Below are positions 11,778 through 22,964 of a DNA stretch of 64,000 bases, one piece after another. Both the position numbers and the translations under genes were made by a program. Source of the stretch: Phyllosticta citribraziliensis (lineage: Eukaryota). The DNA is taken from assembly GCF_038025025.1 (NCBI RefSeq), contig NW_027117339.1:1054001-1118000 (forward strand), written 5' to 3'. Each line of letters begins with the position of its first letter. Position 1 is the first letter of the stretch. The notes beneath the pieces were generated by a model. That model had not been told where the DNA came from. It saw only the letters and a program-made list of their open reading frames with translations, and searched no databases.

Positions 11778-13361
11778 ATGGCGACGATCCCACCACCGGC
11801 CAGCAAGCGCCAAAAGACCGCCGCCGCCGCACTTTCACGCGAACAAGCCGCTGTCCCCGAAATCCCGTCTGGGAGCGTACGAGTCAAGTTCATAGACCAA
11901 GCAACCGGAGAAGCGAATGATCTCCCGGTAGTCAGCATACCGCTCCAGCAGGCCCAAGTCAAGAACCTCGAAACTCTCCTCAATGAACTCCAAGGACACG
12001 AAGACGCGGCAGATCAGATACCTTACCGCTTTTTCTACGGCGGCTCAGGCGACGATGAGCAAAAAGAGGGAGAAAGAGGAGAGGCTCTCGGAGACAATGC
12101 AGACTTGTGGAATTCTCTGATCAAAGATGGCAAGGCAACGACAGAACAGGAGATTGTATTGCAATACGCTCCTCAAGCAGTATTCCGAGTGCGAGCGGTG
12201 ACTCGGTGCGCGGCGTCCATGTCCGGGCATGGTCAGCCAATTCTTGCGACTCAGTTCTCGCCCGTGGACAGCTCAATAATGGCAAGTGGATCTGGAGATG
12301 GCACAGCAAGAATATGGGATTGCAACACAAATACCCCTAGGCATACGCTCAAAGGCCACACCAGCTGGGTGCTCGTTGTGAGCTGGTCGCCCACAGGAGA
12401 CATGATTGCGACTGGATCCATGGACAACACCGTTCGCCTCTGGAATCCCAAGACGGGCGCGGCACTGGGTCAGCCTTTGAAGGGACATACCAAGTGGATC
12501 ACGAGCATATCCTGGGAGCCATACCACCTTCAACAGCCGGGGCGTCCGCGCTTTGCCTCATCCTCGAAAGACGCCACGGTGCGGCTCTGGGACGCCGTTG
12601 GACACAAGGCCGACATAAGCCTCAGCGGACACAAGAGCACCGTCAGTTGCGTGCGATGGGGAGGAACTGGCCTCATATACACCGCCTCGCACGACAAGAC
12701 GGTCAAGGTGTGGAACGCAGTCGATGGCACGCTCAAACACACCCTGTCCGCACACGCCCACTGGGTCAACCACTTGGCCCTGTCGACCGACTTCGTCCTC
12801 CGCACCGCTTACTACGACCACAGCCCCAACGTCCCCAAGCCCACCACCGACGCAGAGAAGCTGGCGCTCGCAAAGCAGCGCTTTGAAAAAGCAGCCACGA
12901 TCAACGGCGCCATCGTCGAGCGTCTCGTCACCGCCTCCGACGACTTCACCATGTACCTATGGTCGCCGCTCTCCTCATCAACACCGACCAAGCCCCTGGC
13001 TCGTCTGACGGGCCACGCAAAGCAAGTAAACCACGTCACCTTCTCGCCCGACGGGCTCTACATCGCCAGCGCGTCGTTCGACAACTCGCTCAAGCTGTGG
13101 AACGCCAACACGGGCGCCTTCATCTCCACGCTCCGCGCCCACGTCGCGCCCGTGTACCAGTGCTGCTTCTCGGCCGACTCGCGCCTGCTCGTCAGCGCCA
13201 GCAAGGACACGACGCTCAAGGTGTGGGACGTGGCCAAGGGCAAGCTGTCGGTCGACCTGCCTGGTCACGAGGATGAGGTGTATGCAGTGGATTGGAGCAC
13301 GGATGGAAAGGGCGTTGCAAGTGGTGGCAAGGACAAGGCGGTGAGGACTTGGAGGCATTGA
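11778..13361 (+). CDS. RSA4: WD40 ribosome assembly factor Rsa4/Notchless; intronless
   Basis: MATIPPPASKRQK start, NLE-domain end PQAVFRVRAVTRC, multiple GH...WD repeats, HAHWVNHLALSTDFVLRT, C-terminal GGKDKAVRTWRH. Confidence 0.93.
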   Translation: MATIPPPASKRQKTAAAALSREQAAVPEIPSGSVRVKFIDQATGEANDLPVVSIPLQQAQVKNLETLLNELQGHEDAADQIPYRFFYGGSGDDEQKEGERGEALGDNADLWNSLIKDGKATTEQEIVLQYAPQAVFRVRAVTRCAASMSGHGQPILATQFSPVDSSIMASGSGDGTARIWDCNTNTPRHTLKGHTSWVLVVSWSPTGDMIATGSMDNTVRLWNPKTGAALGQPLKGHTKWITSISWEPYHLQQPGRPRFASSSKDATVRLWDAVGHKADISLSGHKSTVSCVRWGGTGLIYTASHDKTVKVWNAVDGTLKHTLSAHAHWVNHLALSTDFVLRTAYYDHSPNVPKPTTDAEKLALAKQRFEKAATINGAIVERLVTASDDFTMYLWSPLSSSTPTKPLARLTGHAKQVNHVTFSPDGLYIASASFDNSLKLWNANTGAFISTLRAHVAPVYQCCFSADSRLLVSASKDTTLKVWDVAKGKLSVDLPGHEDEVYAVDWSTDGKGVASGGKDKAVRTWRH

Positions 13362-13892
13362 GAGTGTTGATCTGGATTCTGGACATGTGTGTCCGTATAC
13401 TCGATCTTTGGTGGAAATGTTTGTTCTAAACATGTGCTTCTGGATCGGAGCGAGTCTGCAGATGAGGATACCCCTAGAGTATGTCGCATTCAGAGATGGC
13501 GCAGTCAGGGAGCTGCGTGTGCACAAAATGTTTCAATTTATTGAAGGCTCCGCAAAGGCCACTGTTTGGGACAGCCAATTCGCACAATAACTGCGTTGCA
13601 TTAGTCGCACTGGTAAAGACATTGGTATTCAGCTCAGCAGCTTACATTTACTCGCTCGGCTTCGCCCACAAGCCAACTGTTGAGCAATTACGAAGCCCCG
13701 CACACCGAGGATAGAGTCCCACGCTCTGGTTCAAAAGTCATTGCACAAATCGAATTGAGCATTCAATCGCCTTAGAGCAAAAGGAATACACGTGAAGGGA
13801 TACAAATTGGAGTATTCACCCGCCAGACCCTAGAAACTATACAGGGAGCAGTTGTAAAAGTCACAATTTCCGAGGCCAGCCTCAGTAGCTCC

Positions 13893-14955
13893 TTATTCCC
13901 AGAAATGCTTCTTGTCCTCCTTTTCCTTCTTTTCCTTCTCCTCCTTCTCCTTCTCCTTCAGGAAGAACTCGCGGCCGGTGGTGCTCTTATATCCACCGCG
14001 GATGGCATCGGCAATCATTTTACTGTTGTGTCTCATTAGACGTTGGTGCTCTCACATATCCCAGGAAATGGATTCACTTACTCCTTCTTCTGTTCCCAAG
14101 CGCTTTCATCGCTCTGGGTGCCCTGCTTCAGGATGTGCTCCTGGACAAAGTCGATGCCTGCAATGACGGCTGTCAGCAAGGAGAAAATGCTCATGCGAAC
14201 GAGGAAAACAATGAAGAGGACTATGCGCAAGAGAACATCAATGTGCAAGGTTCGGGAAGGGATCAAAGGGGTTGTGGAAGTGAGGTGGGCGGCTCCTTAC
14301 CCTTGTCCAAATGGTCCTCATTCTTCTCAGACTCTCTACCGCCACCAGCAGCAGTGTTGAACTTGTCACCCATCTTGTCGAAGAAGCCCTTGTTCTTCTC
14401 CTCTTCCTCGCGGCGGCGGCGCTCCTCCTCCTCGCGCTCAGCCTTGCCGGTGATCTTGTCCAAGAAGCTGGGCTTGTCCTCCTCCTCGGCATGCTCTTTG
14501 CTTGAGCGGCGGCGGTGCTCAGACTCGCGCCCCGTCTCCTTGTCGTCGTCGATGTGGTGGCCGGAGAACTTGTCGCCGAGCTTCTCGAACACGTTCTTGT
14601 TCTTCTCCTCCTCCTCGCGGCGTAGGCGTTCGCGTTCGCGTTCGCGTGCCTCGGCTTCCTCGCGGCGGCGGCGCTCTTCCTCCTCGCGCTCGGCTTTGCC
14701 GGTTATCTTGTCGAGGAAGCTGTGCTTCTCGTGCTCGGCTTCCTCGTGGTAGCGCTTGTTCTCGACTTCGGGTGACTCATGCTGCTCCTCGCGGCCGGTG
14801 AGCTTGTCCAGGAAGCTACCCGAGGACTTGCGTTCGTGCTGGGCGGCAGGGTGGACCTTTGAGGCATCGTGCTCCTCGTGGTGGCGGTGCTCTTCAGATC
14901 TCTGCTTCTCCGCCTCCTCCTTGTCGTGGCTCGACAATTTGTTGAGGAAATCCAT
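13893..14955 (-). CDS. Hydrophilic charged repeat protein with a conserved fungal C-terminal module (family often annotated DDR48-like); exons 14301-14955, 14082-14157, 13893-14022
   Basis: Spliced C-terminus GGGRESEKNEDHLDKGIDFVQEHILKQGTQSDESAWEQKKDKMIADAIRGGYKSTTG; repeated SFLDK[LI]TG units; canonical introns. Confidence 0.75.
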
Positions 14956-15537
14956 GGTGGGTGTGGGTTTGGGTCAAGAGAGGCAGAAGTTTGTAGATGG
15001 AGATGGAAGACGAGATGTATTGGAAGGTGGCAGATGGGTTGTGAGAGTTGGAAAGTGACAAGGAAGCAGGAGGCCTTGCGAGGAAGTGAGTGGTTTCTAT
15101 AGGCAGCGTTTAGCCGTGACGTGTCTCCACTCGACTCGTGTGTGTCTCCAAACCCTGAGGCTTAGACATGGCCGCTGAGGGGAACTGTTGTGCCCCAGGT
15201 GGCCCGTGGCTCTTGCGCATCGTGACCGTATGCGGCCAGTGGCTGTGTCTTTGCCATCGCTCCGTGTAAGATCTAGAAGCAAAGGTGGAGCGCCAAGTGA
15301 GAGATGCGGCGCCGAGAAATGCCAGAGCAGCGGCGAGAGCGAAGCAGCGGTGAGAGCTGAGAGTGAAGCGACGGACCTGACGCTTCAGATGATGGCAGCC
15401 AGGGCAGGCTCAGGGCAGGGCAGCGGACCGGAGGCGTTTCGACGGTTGGAGCGGGAGGCCCGGCACGTCCAACGGACCACAACAAACAGCTCAGCTCGAG
15501 CTCCCCTCATCCGCTCCAGCTCCAGCTGTCAGCCAGT

Positions 15538-15568
15538 CACAGCCACAGCCACAGCCACAGCCACAGCC
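15538..15568. repeat. (CACAGC)n hexamer microsatellite
   Basis: cacagccacagccacagc... read directly. Confidence 0.85.
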
Positions 15569-15743
15569 GAAAGCCACCCATGACGTCGTGCGTGCCCCGC
15601 CTCACGCGGACCCTGAGTCGCCGATTCTTCTCGATACCTACCTAGGTGCTGTCCCGCAGTCGGACGACGACGACGTGACAGGCTCGTTCCACTACCTGAC
15701 AACTTTTCTTCTTCCTCCCACCGTCTCCTCTTTACCCTCCAAA

Positions 15744-16847
15744 ATGGCCCCCATACCCATCACCATCATCACCGGCTTCCTCGGTTCCGGCAAGACGACG
15801 CTGATCCTCAACCTGATCCCTCAACTGCCCGCCGACTACAAGCTCGCCCTGCTCAAAAACGAGTTTGGCGATGTGGCCATAGACTCGCAACTGGCCTCCT
15901 CGGCCGCCATTTCCGGCGTCCAGGAGCTGCTCAATGGCTGCATTTGCTGCAACCTGACGGGCCAGCTGGGCGAGGCCCTCGACGAGCTGCGCAACACCGC
16001 GAACCCGGACCGTGTCGTCATCGAGACGAGCGGCAGCGCCTTCCCCGCCACGCTGGCCATGGAGGTGAACCGCCTGGCGCGCGAAACCGGAAACTTTGTG
16101 CTCGACGGCGTCATGAGCGTCGTCGACGTCGAAAACTGGCAGGGCTACGAGGACACGAGTTACAGCGCCAAGGTGCAGGCGCAATACACGGACCTGATTG
16201 TGCTCAACAAGGTCGAGCTCGTCAGCGAGCGCCGCGTCGAGGACGTCGAGGACAAGATTCGCGACTTGGAGCTCGACGTGCCCACACCTATTGTCAAGAG
16301 CACAAAGGGTCGCGTGGACAAGGACATTGTGTTTGGCTTGGACGCCAAGCTGGCGAAGAGCGCTGGTGTCACGGAGCACCACCACGACCATGACCACAAC
16401 CACTCAAACGAGGTTGAAGTCTTGTCCGTCACGCTTACTCCCACTGGCGACACTGGCGGCGTCGATGTCGAGAAGCTATCCGACCTTCTGCTCAGTGCTA
16501 CCAAGGACGAAATCTACCGCATCAAAGCCGTCCTCCACGCGACCACGCCTCCAACATCCTCCAACGGGGAACCCGCCGCCTCGGAAGCTTCAAAGACGCC
16601 AGCGCGGTATATTCTGAACTGGGCATTCGGCCGGTGGACGTACACAGCCATATCTGCCAGCTCTTTCCAGTCAGAGACGTCCTCGGGCAACGCGACGCCG
16701 CAGACCAGCCAGGAGCCGGCGCTGAGGATGACCGTCATCACAGCGCGATACGAAGCTAACAAGTGGAAGAAGCAGATTGAGACGCGCGGTTTCGTCGCCC
16801 TGGAGGGCGACGCGCCCGCCGAGCTCAAGGTTGACAGAGTCCTCTGA
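15744..16847 (+). CDS. CobW/COG0523-family G3E P-loop GTPase (putative metallochaperone); intronless
   Basis: ITGFLGSGKTT Walker A, NEFG, GCICC metal motif, IETSG, His-rich HHHDHDHNH stretch. Confidence 0.9.
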   Translation: MAPIPITIITGFLGSGKTTLILNLIPQLPADYKLALLKNEFGDVAIDSQLASSAAISGVQELLNGCICCNLTGQLGEALDELRNTANPDRVVIETSGSAFPATLAMEVNRLARETGNFVLDGVMSVVDVENWQGYEDTSYSAKVQAQYTDLIVLNKVELVSERRVEDVEDKIRDLELDVPTPIVKSTKGRVDKDIVFGLDAKLAKSAGVTEHHHDHDHNHSNEVEVLSVTLTPTGDTGGVDVEKLSDLLLSATKDEIYRIKAVLHATTPPTSSNGEPAASEASKTPARYILNWAFGRWTYTAISASSFQSETSSGNATPQTSQEPALRMTVITARYEANKWKKQIETRGFVALEGDAPAELKVDRVL

Positions 16848-17381
16848 TTTCTCCTGCATCCATCACTCCTACTTTCTCCTCTTTCTTGGGCAAGGAAACC
16901 GATCACCTTTAGACATGGAGACGGCCATTGTCTTGTTCATAGATATACCCCCTTTTTCACCTGCCATCCCTCTTCTCTAAAAATCTCCATCTTACGTACA
17001 TTATACATGCTGTTGCACTGTAAATTTGCCTTTCTTGTTCTTCGCACGGCACGTGCTGTACACCAATGTACCAACGACCATGTTACACTCAGAGACATTG
17101 TGCATTTCACATAGAAAGGGGACATCACAATCAAAACACACTTTTTGCATCAATTTCATGAGATTTGATCCATGGTTTGAGAAATCGTGCTGTAAATAAG
17201 TCACCGCTCGAAGCGAGCTCGTACAACTTCAGAAGACGCTCGTGAACTGCAGGATTCGCTGACACCAAGGCATCCTTTACAAACAGGCAAGTTCGCATAG
17301 ACCTAACTTGGCAGCGCGGGCCGGCCCGCAGCAATGCAGCGCTGGATGGCTGACTGGTGGCTTGGGATTCGCTATAGCGCG

Positions 17382-17424
17382 AGTGAGGCGGCTTTCATGT
17401 TAGTGAGGCGGCTTTCATGTTAGT
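17382..17424. repeat. 20-bp direct tandem duplication
   Basis: agtgaggcggctttcatgtt x2 followed by agt. Confidence 0.9.
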
Positions 17425-17565
17425 ACGGTCTGCCTTCTTAGATCATGGAGGGATCGAGTTGGTCTTGTATTGTACACGTTTTTTGAATTCCTTTTCTAGT
17501 GATGTTGTGATGTGGAAACTGCCTGTTCTTCCTGTCCCTTGGCCTCCACTTCCTCAATACACGGC

Positions 17566-20500
17566 TCACGCGTCGATTTCGTCGAGCGAATCAGCCCAGC
17601 TTACGCCCCCGCCCTCGCGGTTCGCTAGACTCGGGAGAGACGCTGACAAGGCCTCGAGATCGAGGGGCTTGTCTGTCTCTGTAACCGGGACTTCGTCTTC
17701 CGCGTTCGGGCCTGGGGCTCTGGTGGAATCTGCCTTTGGTGCTTCATCCTCGCTCTCCGCTCTGCTCGCGCCGCCGCTCTCACCCCTCTCCCTCTCTTCT
17801 GCTTCCGCTTCCGCCGCTTCCCAATCATCGACCGGATCTTCGCGCATCTTCTCCACCGCCTTCTTCTTGCCCTTCTCTTTGGTCCGCGCCGACGACGGCG
17901 CCAGGACCGTGTACCCGTTACTGCTAGTCGGGGTGCTGGATCCACTACCGTGCGGCGCTGCCGGCCTACGCACGGGAGCCGCCGCTTTCGCTGCCACCTG
18001 GCTCCAGCCGCCGTTGTCAGCCTGGTCGGTCTCGCGGTTGAGAATGTTGAGGCTGGTGTCCGTGCGGCAGAGCTGGACGGAACCTAGTCCATGTTTGCGG
18101 ACTTCGCGTGCGAGGGCTGCCTTGATGTTCTTGAGTGCGCTTTCCACGTCACGGGCGCCCATTGAGGCTGGTTGGTTCGCTCTTAGGACCACCTCGTCCG
18201 AGGGCAAGAATGAAATGTCAAATTGGATCCCAGGAACAGAATCGAGGACGGGGCGGACGCAGGACCGCAGCTCTTCGATTGTCAAGCCAAAGCGAAGCGA
18301 TGCAACGAGGAAGCTGTTGAATGGGTCGCCGAGCACATTGCTGGCTTTAAGCTTCGAGTTATCCGTAGTGGCCTTGGGCTGAGCAGTTCGCTGGTTGTAA
18401 CGGATGCGGACACACTCGCCAATTGTTTTGGAGGGCGCGCTCACGAAGCGAGGAGTCTTGTAGATCAAGACATGGCGATGAGGCGGCGGGTCCATGCTCT
18501 CCGAGTCGAGACCAAAGTCTTCAGCGAGGGCGTGTATGAATGCTCGCTGGTGCGCTGGCATGGGCTTGAAGCGGAGGCGCTTTTCTTCAGAACTACTGGC
18601 AAATACGCGGAACTCACGCTCCTGAGTCTGGGCCCATGGCACATTGCCCTGGTAGAGTGAAAGTGTCTCGGCAGAATACGGAATGTGATCGTCTTTGTTG
18701 GCGTCCGCATTGACATTGAGAGCGAGAGCAAGCTTGCGGTTCCGCTCGAGGCGTGCGCATTCGTCGTCGCACTTTAGCGACTTTTCGAGGTTCCCTTGGC
18801 TGTCTTTTGTTGCCAGGCACTTGGCCTCCTGCTTGCTGCGTTGGCAGGGACAGGTGATGTGGATCTTGTACTGGCAAGGCTTGTTCTCATCGCAAGCGTA
18901 TGGCGAATGACACGGAACTGAGCAGGGGTGTCCACACGTCTTTTCTTTACCGCACTCTTGCTTGCATGCAGTCCCAGAGTCTTCGCAGTCTCCTGGCTTG
19001 TGACAAGGTTTTCTGCACCTGTGAGCTCCACATTTGAGCTTCTTTCCGCAGATCTCTCCGCATCTTGCCTCCTGAAGCCAGCAAGGCTGGTTTTTGAGAA
19101 TGTTCTTGCCGCACATGCATGGCTTGACTGTCAAGTATGGACACTTGGGACAGGTCTCATCATCTTGATGGCAGTTGTGAGCGACTTGAGGGTGACCACA
19201 GGCTTTGGGTCTCTCGCACTCATAGCGACAGGGAGGTGGCTTTGTCCCACAAGGAAGCGGAGGCTCGAGGACAGTCCTACCACAGTGACAGCTGATTTCC
19301 TCAAAGATGGCTTCGCGGCAACTCCGGCAAGGTCCCTTGTGGCAAAGCTCTTCGCACTCGTGGGTTCCACACTTGAGAAGGCGACCGCAACGCTTGACAC
19401 AGACGTGCTCGGCCTCGACCATTTCCACTGGTATGCTGCTGTTTCCAAGCTCGTGGGGCCGACGCCTTGTTGGGCGTTTCGAAGTCCTTTCTGCTGCCTT
19501 CTTCTCGCCAGGACAGCAACGATTTCCGCAGATGTGACGACCGCAATTCATTGTGGCGCGACAGGTCCTCATACAGTGGGGCTGTTCCTCCACGCCTTGA
19601 TGACAGATAGTAGATAGATTCGTCTTTTCGCATCGGCAAGAGATTGGTGTTTTCTCCAGGCATGGCACTTGATCGCAGTCGCCCGAATGGCAAACCCGGG
19701 AACAGGCGTGACCACAAGCCAAAAGCTTGTTGCAACGCTGGCTGCAGTTTGGAATTGGGTCTTCGCAGGTGGTCCGAGGCTTGTCGGTGATTTTGCTGAG
19801 TGGAGTCTTGCCACAAGGGCAGGAGGATACCAGTTCCGGAGAGCGAGGACAGTGAGAGACTGGTTGCTCTTGTGCATGACACGGTTTCTGGCACTGATGC
19901 TTGCCACAGTCGAAATAACGGGCGCAGGCATTTGCGCAAGCAAAGACGCCAGCCCACTCTTCTACGATTTGTTCTCCATTGTCGCGTCGGTGAGTCCTCT
20001 TGCTGAACTTCTCGTCCCCACGGTCAGCACAAATCATCGGCTTTTCTTCCTGTCCGCAGTAGCAGCGGGCGTCTACCAGGACTTCACAAGCACCGCAGAA
20101 TCCTTCGTGACAAGGACGCTCGCAAAAATGCTCGCCACAAGGCATCAACTCTCCACAGACTTGGCCGCAGCTCCATCCGTTCTCGTAATCAGTGTCCAGA
20201 CATCTTTGCGTTTTGGAATCTTTGCCGCAAAAACACGATTGGTTGGGACCCATTTGACCGCATGGGGGACAAGGACCTGCATGGCAAATCTCCGGGCAGG
20301 TATGCGGGCACGACTTGGGTATGACTCGTTCCCTTCCACAAGTCTGACCGCAGGAGAATGGAGGCATTCCTGGGATAGACTTTGGATCTTGTTCTTTTTG
20401 GCACCAGCAGTTGAAGTATTTCGGGACGTTGTCTTGAGGGAGGTTACAGCCGGGACATCTCCATGGGCGGTCGCTATGTTCTGCAAGTGAATTGGATGCC

Positions 20501-21264
20501 CACTCGCCAATGCATTTCAAGTGGAAGACGGTCCAGCACGTTCTGCAAGACCACATCCGAGAATTCCTCTGGACCTCGTTTGTGCAGATGGCACATTCGT
20601 AATGTCCGTTATCAATGTCCTCGTGGACGCGAGTTGTGATATCTGGGGCTTTCGATCTGGACGCCCTACGTTTGCGAGGTCGGGCTTGCTCAAGCTCCCG
20701 TATCCGTGGGGGTTGGCCAGGTTGAAAATCCGGTGCATTCGGCTGCAATCCTTGTGCAGAAGCACCGTCTACCGCGTGGGTTCCGGTCAACTGGCCTCCG
20801 AACGTCCTCCCTTGAAAGGTTCTGATGTTTTGTCCTCGACTTGACTGTGACCCTCCGCGGCCCTGACTTTGTCCACGACGGTTTTGCGCGCCACCTCGTC
20901 CTTGCTGTCCACCGCGCCGATTCCGTCCGCCTCGAGTTGCGTTGTCGGCGCCCGCATTTGCCACGGCTGATGCAGTCCCAGTCTCTTGAGATTCTTGTCC
21001 TACCGGAGTCGACGCTGTCGCTGGAGCAGATTGCCGCGCCGGCTGCGCTGAACCTCGATTGCCCCGACCTCCTCTTCCGACTCTCCCTCCTCTCCTAGCT
21101 GGTGTTTGTGGCTGCTGCGATTGGTCTGGCTGCACAGCACCTCCCGCTGCCTCGGAAGTTTGGGCATTGTTCCTCGGTCGTGGTCCTCTGTTTCTGTTGC
21201 GCCGTGAGGTATTGGTCTCTGGTCCTGCCGGAGGCGCGACCGGAACTGTGGCCTCCGCAGGCAT
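17566..21264 (-). CDS. FAP1: NF-X1-type zinc-finger protein (Fap1/NFX1-like) with RING/PHD and R3H domains; intronless
   Basis: CAIC...CRTCWTVFHLKC...WRCPGC RING; many CGxHxCxxxCHxGxC repeats; R3H-like FKPMPAHQRAFIHALAEDFG; RGG-rich N-terminus. Confidence 0.88.
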   Translation of the reverse strand: MPAEATVPVAPPAGPETNTSRRNRNRGPRPRNNAQTSEAAGGAVQPDQSQQPQTPARRGGRVGRGGRGNRGSAQPARQSAPATASTPVGQESQETGTASAVANAGADNATRGGRNRRGGQQGRGGAQNRRGQSQGRGGSQSSRGQNIRTFQGRTFGGQLTGTHAVDGASAQGLQPNAPDFQPGQPPRIRELEQARPRKRRASRSKAPDITTRVHEDIDNGHYECAICTNEVQRNSRMWSCRTCWTVFHLKCIGEWASNSLAEHSDRPWRCPGCNLPQDNVPKYFNCWCQKEQDPKSIPGMPPFSCGQTCGRERVIPKSCPHTCPEICHAGPCPPCGQMGPNQSCFCGKDSKTQRCLDTDYENGWSCGQVCGELMPCGEHFCERPCHEGFCGACEVLVDARCYCGQEEKPMICADRGDEKFSKRTHRRDNGEQIVEEWAGVFACANACARYFDCGKHQCQKPCHAQEQPVSHCPRSPELVSSCPCGKTPLSKITDKPRTTCEDPIPNCSQRCNKLLACGHACSRVCHSGDCDQVPCLEKTPISCRCEKTNLSTICHQGVEEQPHCMRTCRATMNCGRHICGNRCCPGEKKAAERTSKRPTRRRPHELGNSSIPVEMVEAEHVCVKRCGRLLKCGTHECEELCHKGPCRSCREAIFEEISCHCGRTVLEPPLPCGTKPPPCRYECERPKACGHPQVAHNCHQDDETCPKCPYLTVKPCMCGKNILKNQPCWLQEARCGEICGKKLKCGAHRCRKPCHKPGDCEDSGTACKQECGKEKTCGHPCSVPCHSPYACDENKPCQYKIHITCPCQRSKQEAKCLATKDSQGNLEKSLKCDDECARLERNRKLALALNVNADANKDDHIPYSAETLSLYQGNVPWAQTQEREFRVFASSSEEKRLRFKPMPAHQRAFIHALAEDFGLDSESMDPPPHRHVLIYKTPRFVSAPSKTIGECVRIRYNQRTAQPKATTDNSKLKASNVLGDPFNSFLVASLRFGLTIEELRSCVRPVLDSVPGIQFDISFLPSDEVVLRANQPASMGARDVESALKNIKAALAREVRKHGLGSVQLCRTDTSLNILNRETDQADNGGWSQVAAKAAAPVRRPAAPHGSGSSTPTSSNGYTVLAPSSARTKEKGKKKAVEKMREDPVDDWEAAEAEAEERERGESGGASRAESEDEAPKADSTRAPGPNAEDEVPVTETDKPLDLEALSASLPSLANREGGGVSWADSLDEIDA

Positions 21265-21990
21265 GTTGATTGTGCGAAGAGCAACGACGTTTGCGCCAGA
21301 GGATTGAATGTTGAAGATTTCCAGGTTTTGAGAGCTGAGAGTGGTTGTAAGCAGGAGTGGCGGGCAGCGAGACTGCCGAGAGCGCTGCACTTGCAAAAAG
21401 AGAGAGTTTGGATAGGCTTCAAAAAACCAGCCTTAGGGAACGAAGTAATGAAGCAAACAAAGCAACAGTGCAAGCGAGCGGAGATACGACTCGGCCTGGG
21501 TGAAGAGTGAGGTGGCGGCAAAGCGGACGGCGTCGCTATGGGAAAGAGGCGCACTTTTGTAAGAAAGTGCAATGCTCGTTCGAGAGAGGCTATGACGCGG
21601 AGGTCCGTGCTTCGGCCCTGAGTCAGAGTGACCAGTCCGGCGATAATGCTGAGCTGTTGGCTTTGCGAGGGCGACTGAGGAGCACAGCCCAGCCTCGTGC
21701 AGGTACGGACTTTCAACCTCGAGTGAAGAACAGTCGAGGCTATGATTTTTCGCAGCGGGCGAGGCCGAGAGCGACCGCAAATGGTCGGGTGGCGGGACAA
21801 GGATCCCTGCTCGACTTAGCTCGATCTTATCGCCGTAGGCGGTGAAGCTTGAACCGGAACATTAGAACTGCCGTTGCCCCGACCTGAGGTGGCCTGAGGC
21901 GTGGGTTGGTTCCCCGGGCCGGACGTCACTCCATGCCCGAGCTACCAGAGCGGAGCATCGCTGAACAACCGCAACTGGACCATCATCATC

Positions 21991-22964
21991 ATGGCTCTCC
22001 GAACTGTGGGTGCCGTGGCTCTGTCCATTTCGGCTGCTGCTGCTTTCCAAGGAGCTTCTCCTCTGTTTGTCGTTTCGTCGTCGAGGTCGGTCTGAAACAC
22101 CATACCTGCCAACTTGTCTGCTAACTCGCCGCAGTGAACTTCCCCAACTCCAGAGCAAGAGTCTCGTCACCTCGTCCTCCGCTTCGCAATCTGTCGAACA
22201 GCTTCTTTCCGGCTGCCCATCCGATTCCTATGTCGTCGTCAATCAACCTGGTGTTTCCGTTGCCGACTACGACAACAAGTGGTCCGCGCCATGGCTGAGA
22301 AAGCAATTCCAATCCAAGGACAAGCAAACCATGACGGCCGCCATAAACGAAGTCATCGACGGACTTGACGCAGAGAACGTCACGAAATACGTCGCTGAGC
22401 ATTGTAATGCAGCGCGCGCCGAGGTGGATGCCTCAAGTGGTTACATCTCGCTCGAAGATGCTACGCCACGGGTTATCAAAATCGACTTTGCTGCTCCCCC
22501 GACGAAGCCGGAGGAGAGGTCTTCAGCGCTCATAGAGAGCGATGCTTTCCTTGATGCCGTCATGTCGAAGGTACAAGACAAGAGCTATACGCTCATCTTT
22601 ACCACCACGCCCGTCTCTGGCGGCCAGATTCCTGTGCCAAAGGAGCACGAGGTCCAATATGAGATGGAGGACTCGTATGGTCTGCACACTGAGATGAGGC
22701 GCGAGACGCGCCAACGGCCAAAAGCTTCCGAAGACGTCGCCTTGTTTGAGAAATACCAATTCCTTTCGCCCGGTATGCACTTTTTTCATTTCATTATCTC
22801 TTGTAAGCGCTAACTGGTCTCCAGGTATCTTCATGGGTCTCTTCACTGGCCTCATCCTCTTCCTCATCCTTTACGTCGGAATCAGCGCCGTCGCCGGACT
22901 TGAAGTCTCTTACTATGCGTTCAGCAAGGAGATGGGTCCTTCGGCTCAAAAGAAGCAGCAGTGA
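21991..22964 (+). CDS. BIG1 / V-ATPase S1 (Voa1/Ac45)-like ER membrane protein; exons 21991-22085, 22135-22772, 22825-22964
   Basis: Signal peptide; LFEKYQFLSPGIFMG plus a C-terminal TM helix; KKQQ ER-retrieval (KKxx) end. Confidence 0.82.

Noticed and set aside
15580..15645. Short ORF MTSCVPRLTRTLSRRFFSIPT resembling a mitochondrial presequence upstream of the CobW gene
   Set aside because: It is out of frame with the CDS, ends in TAG, and no intron removes the stop.
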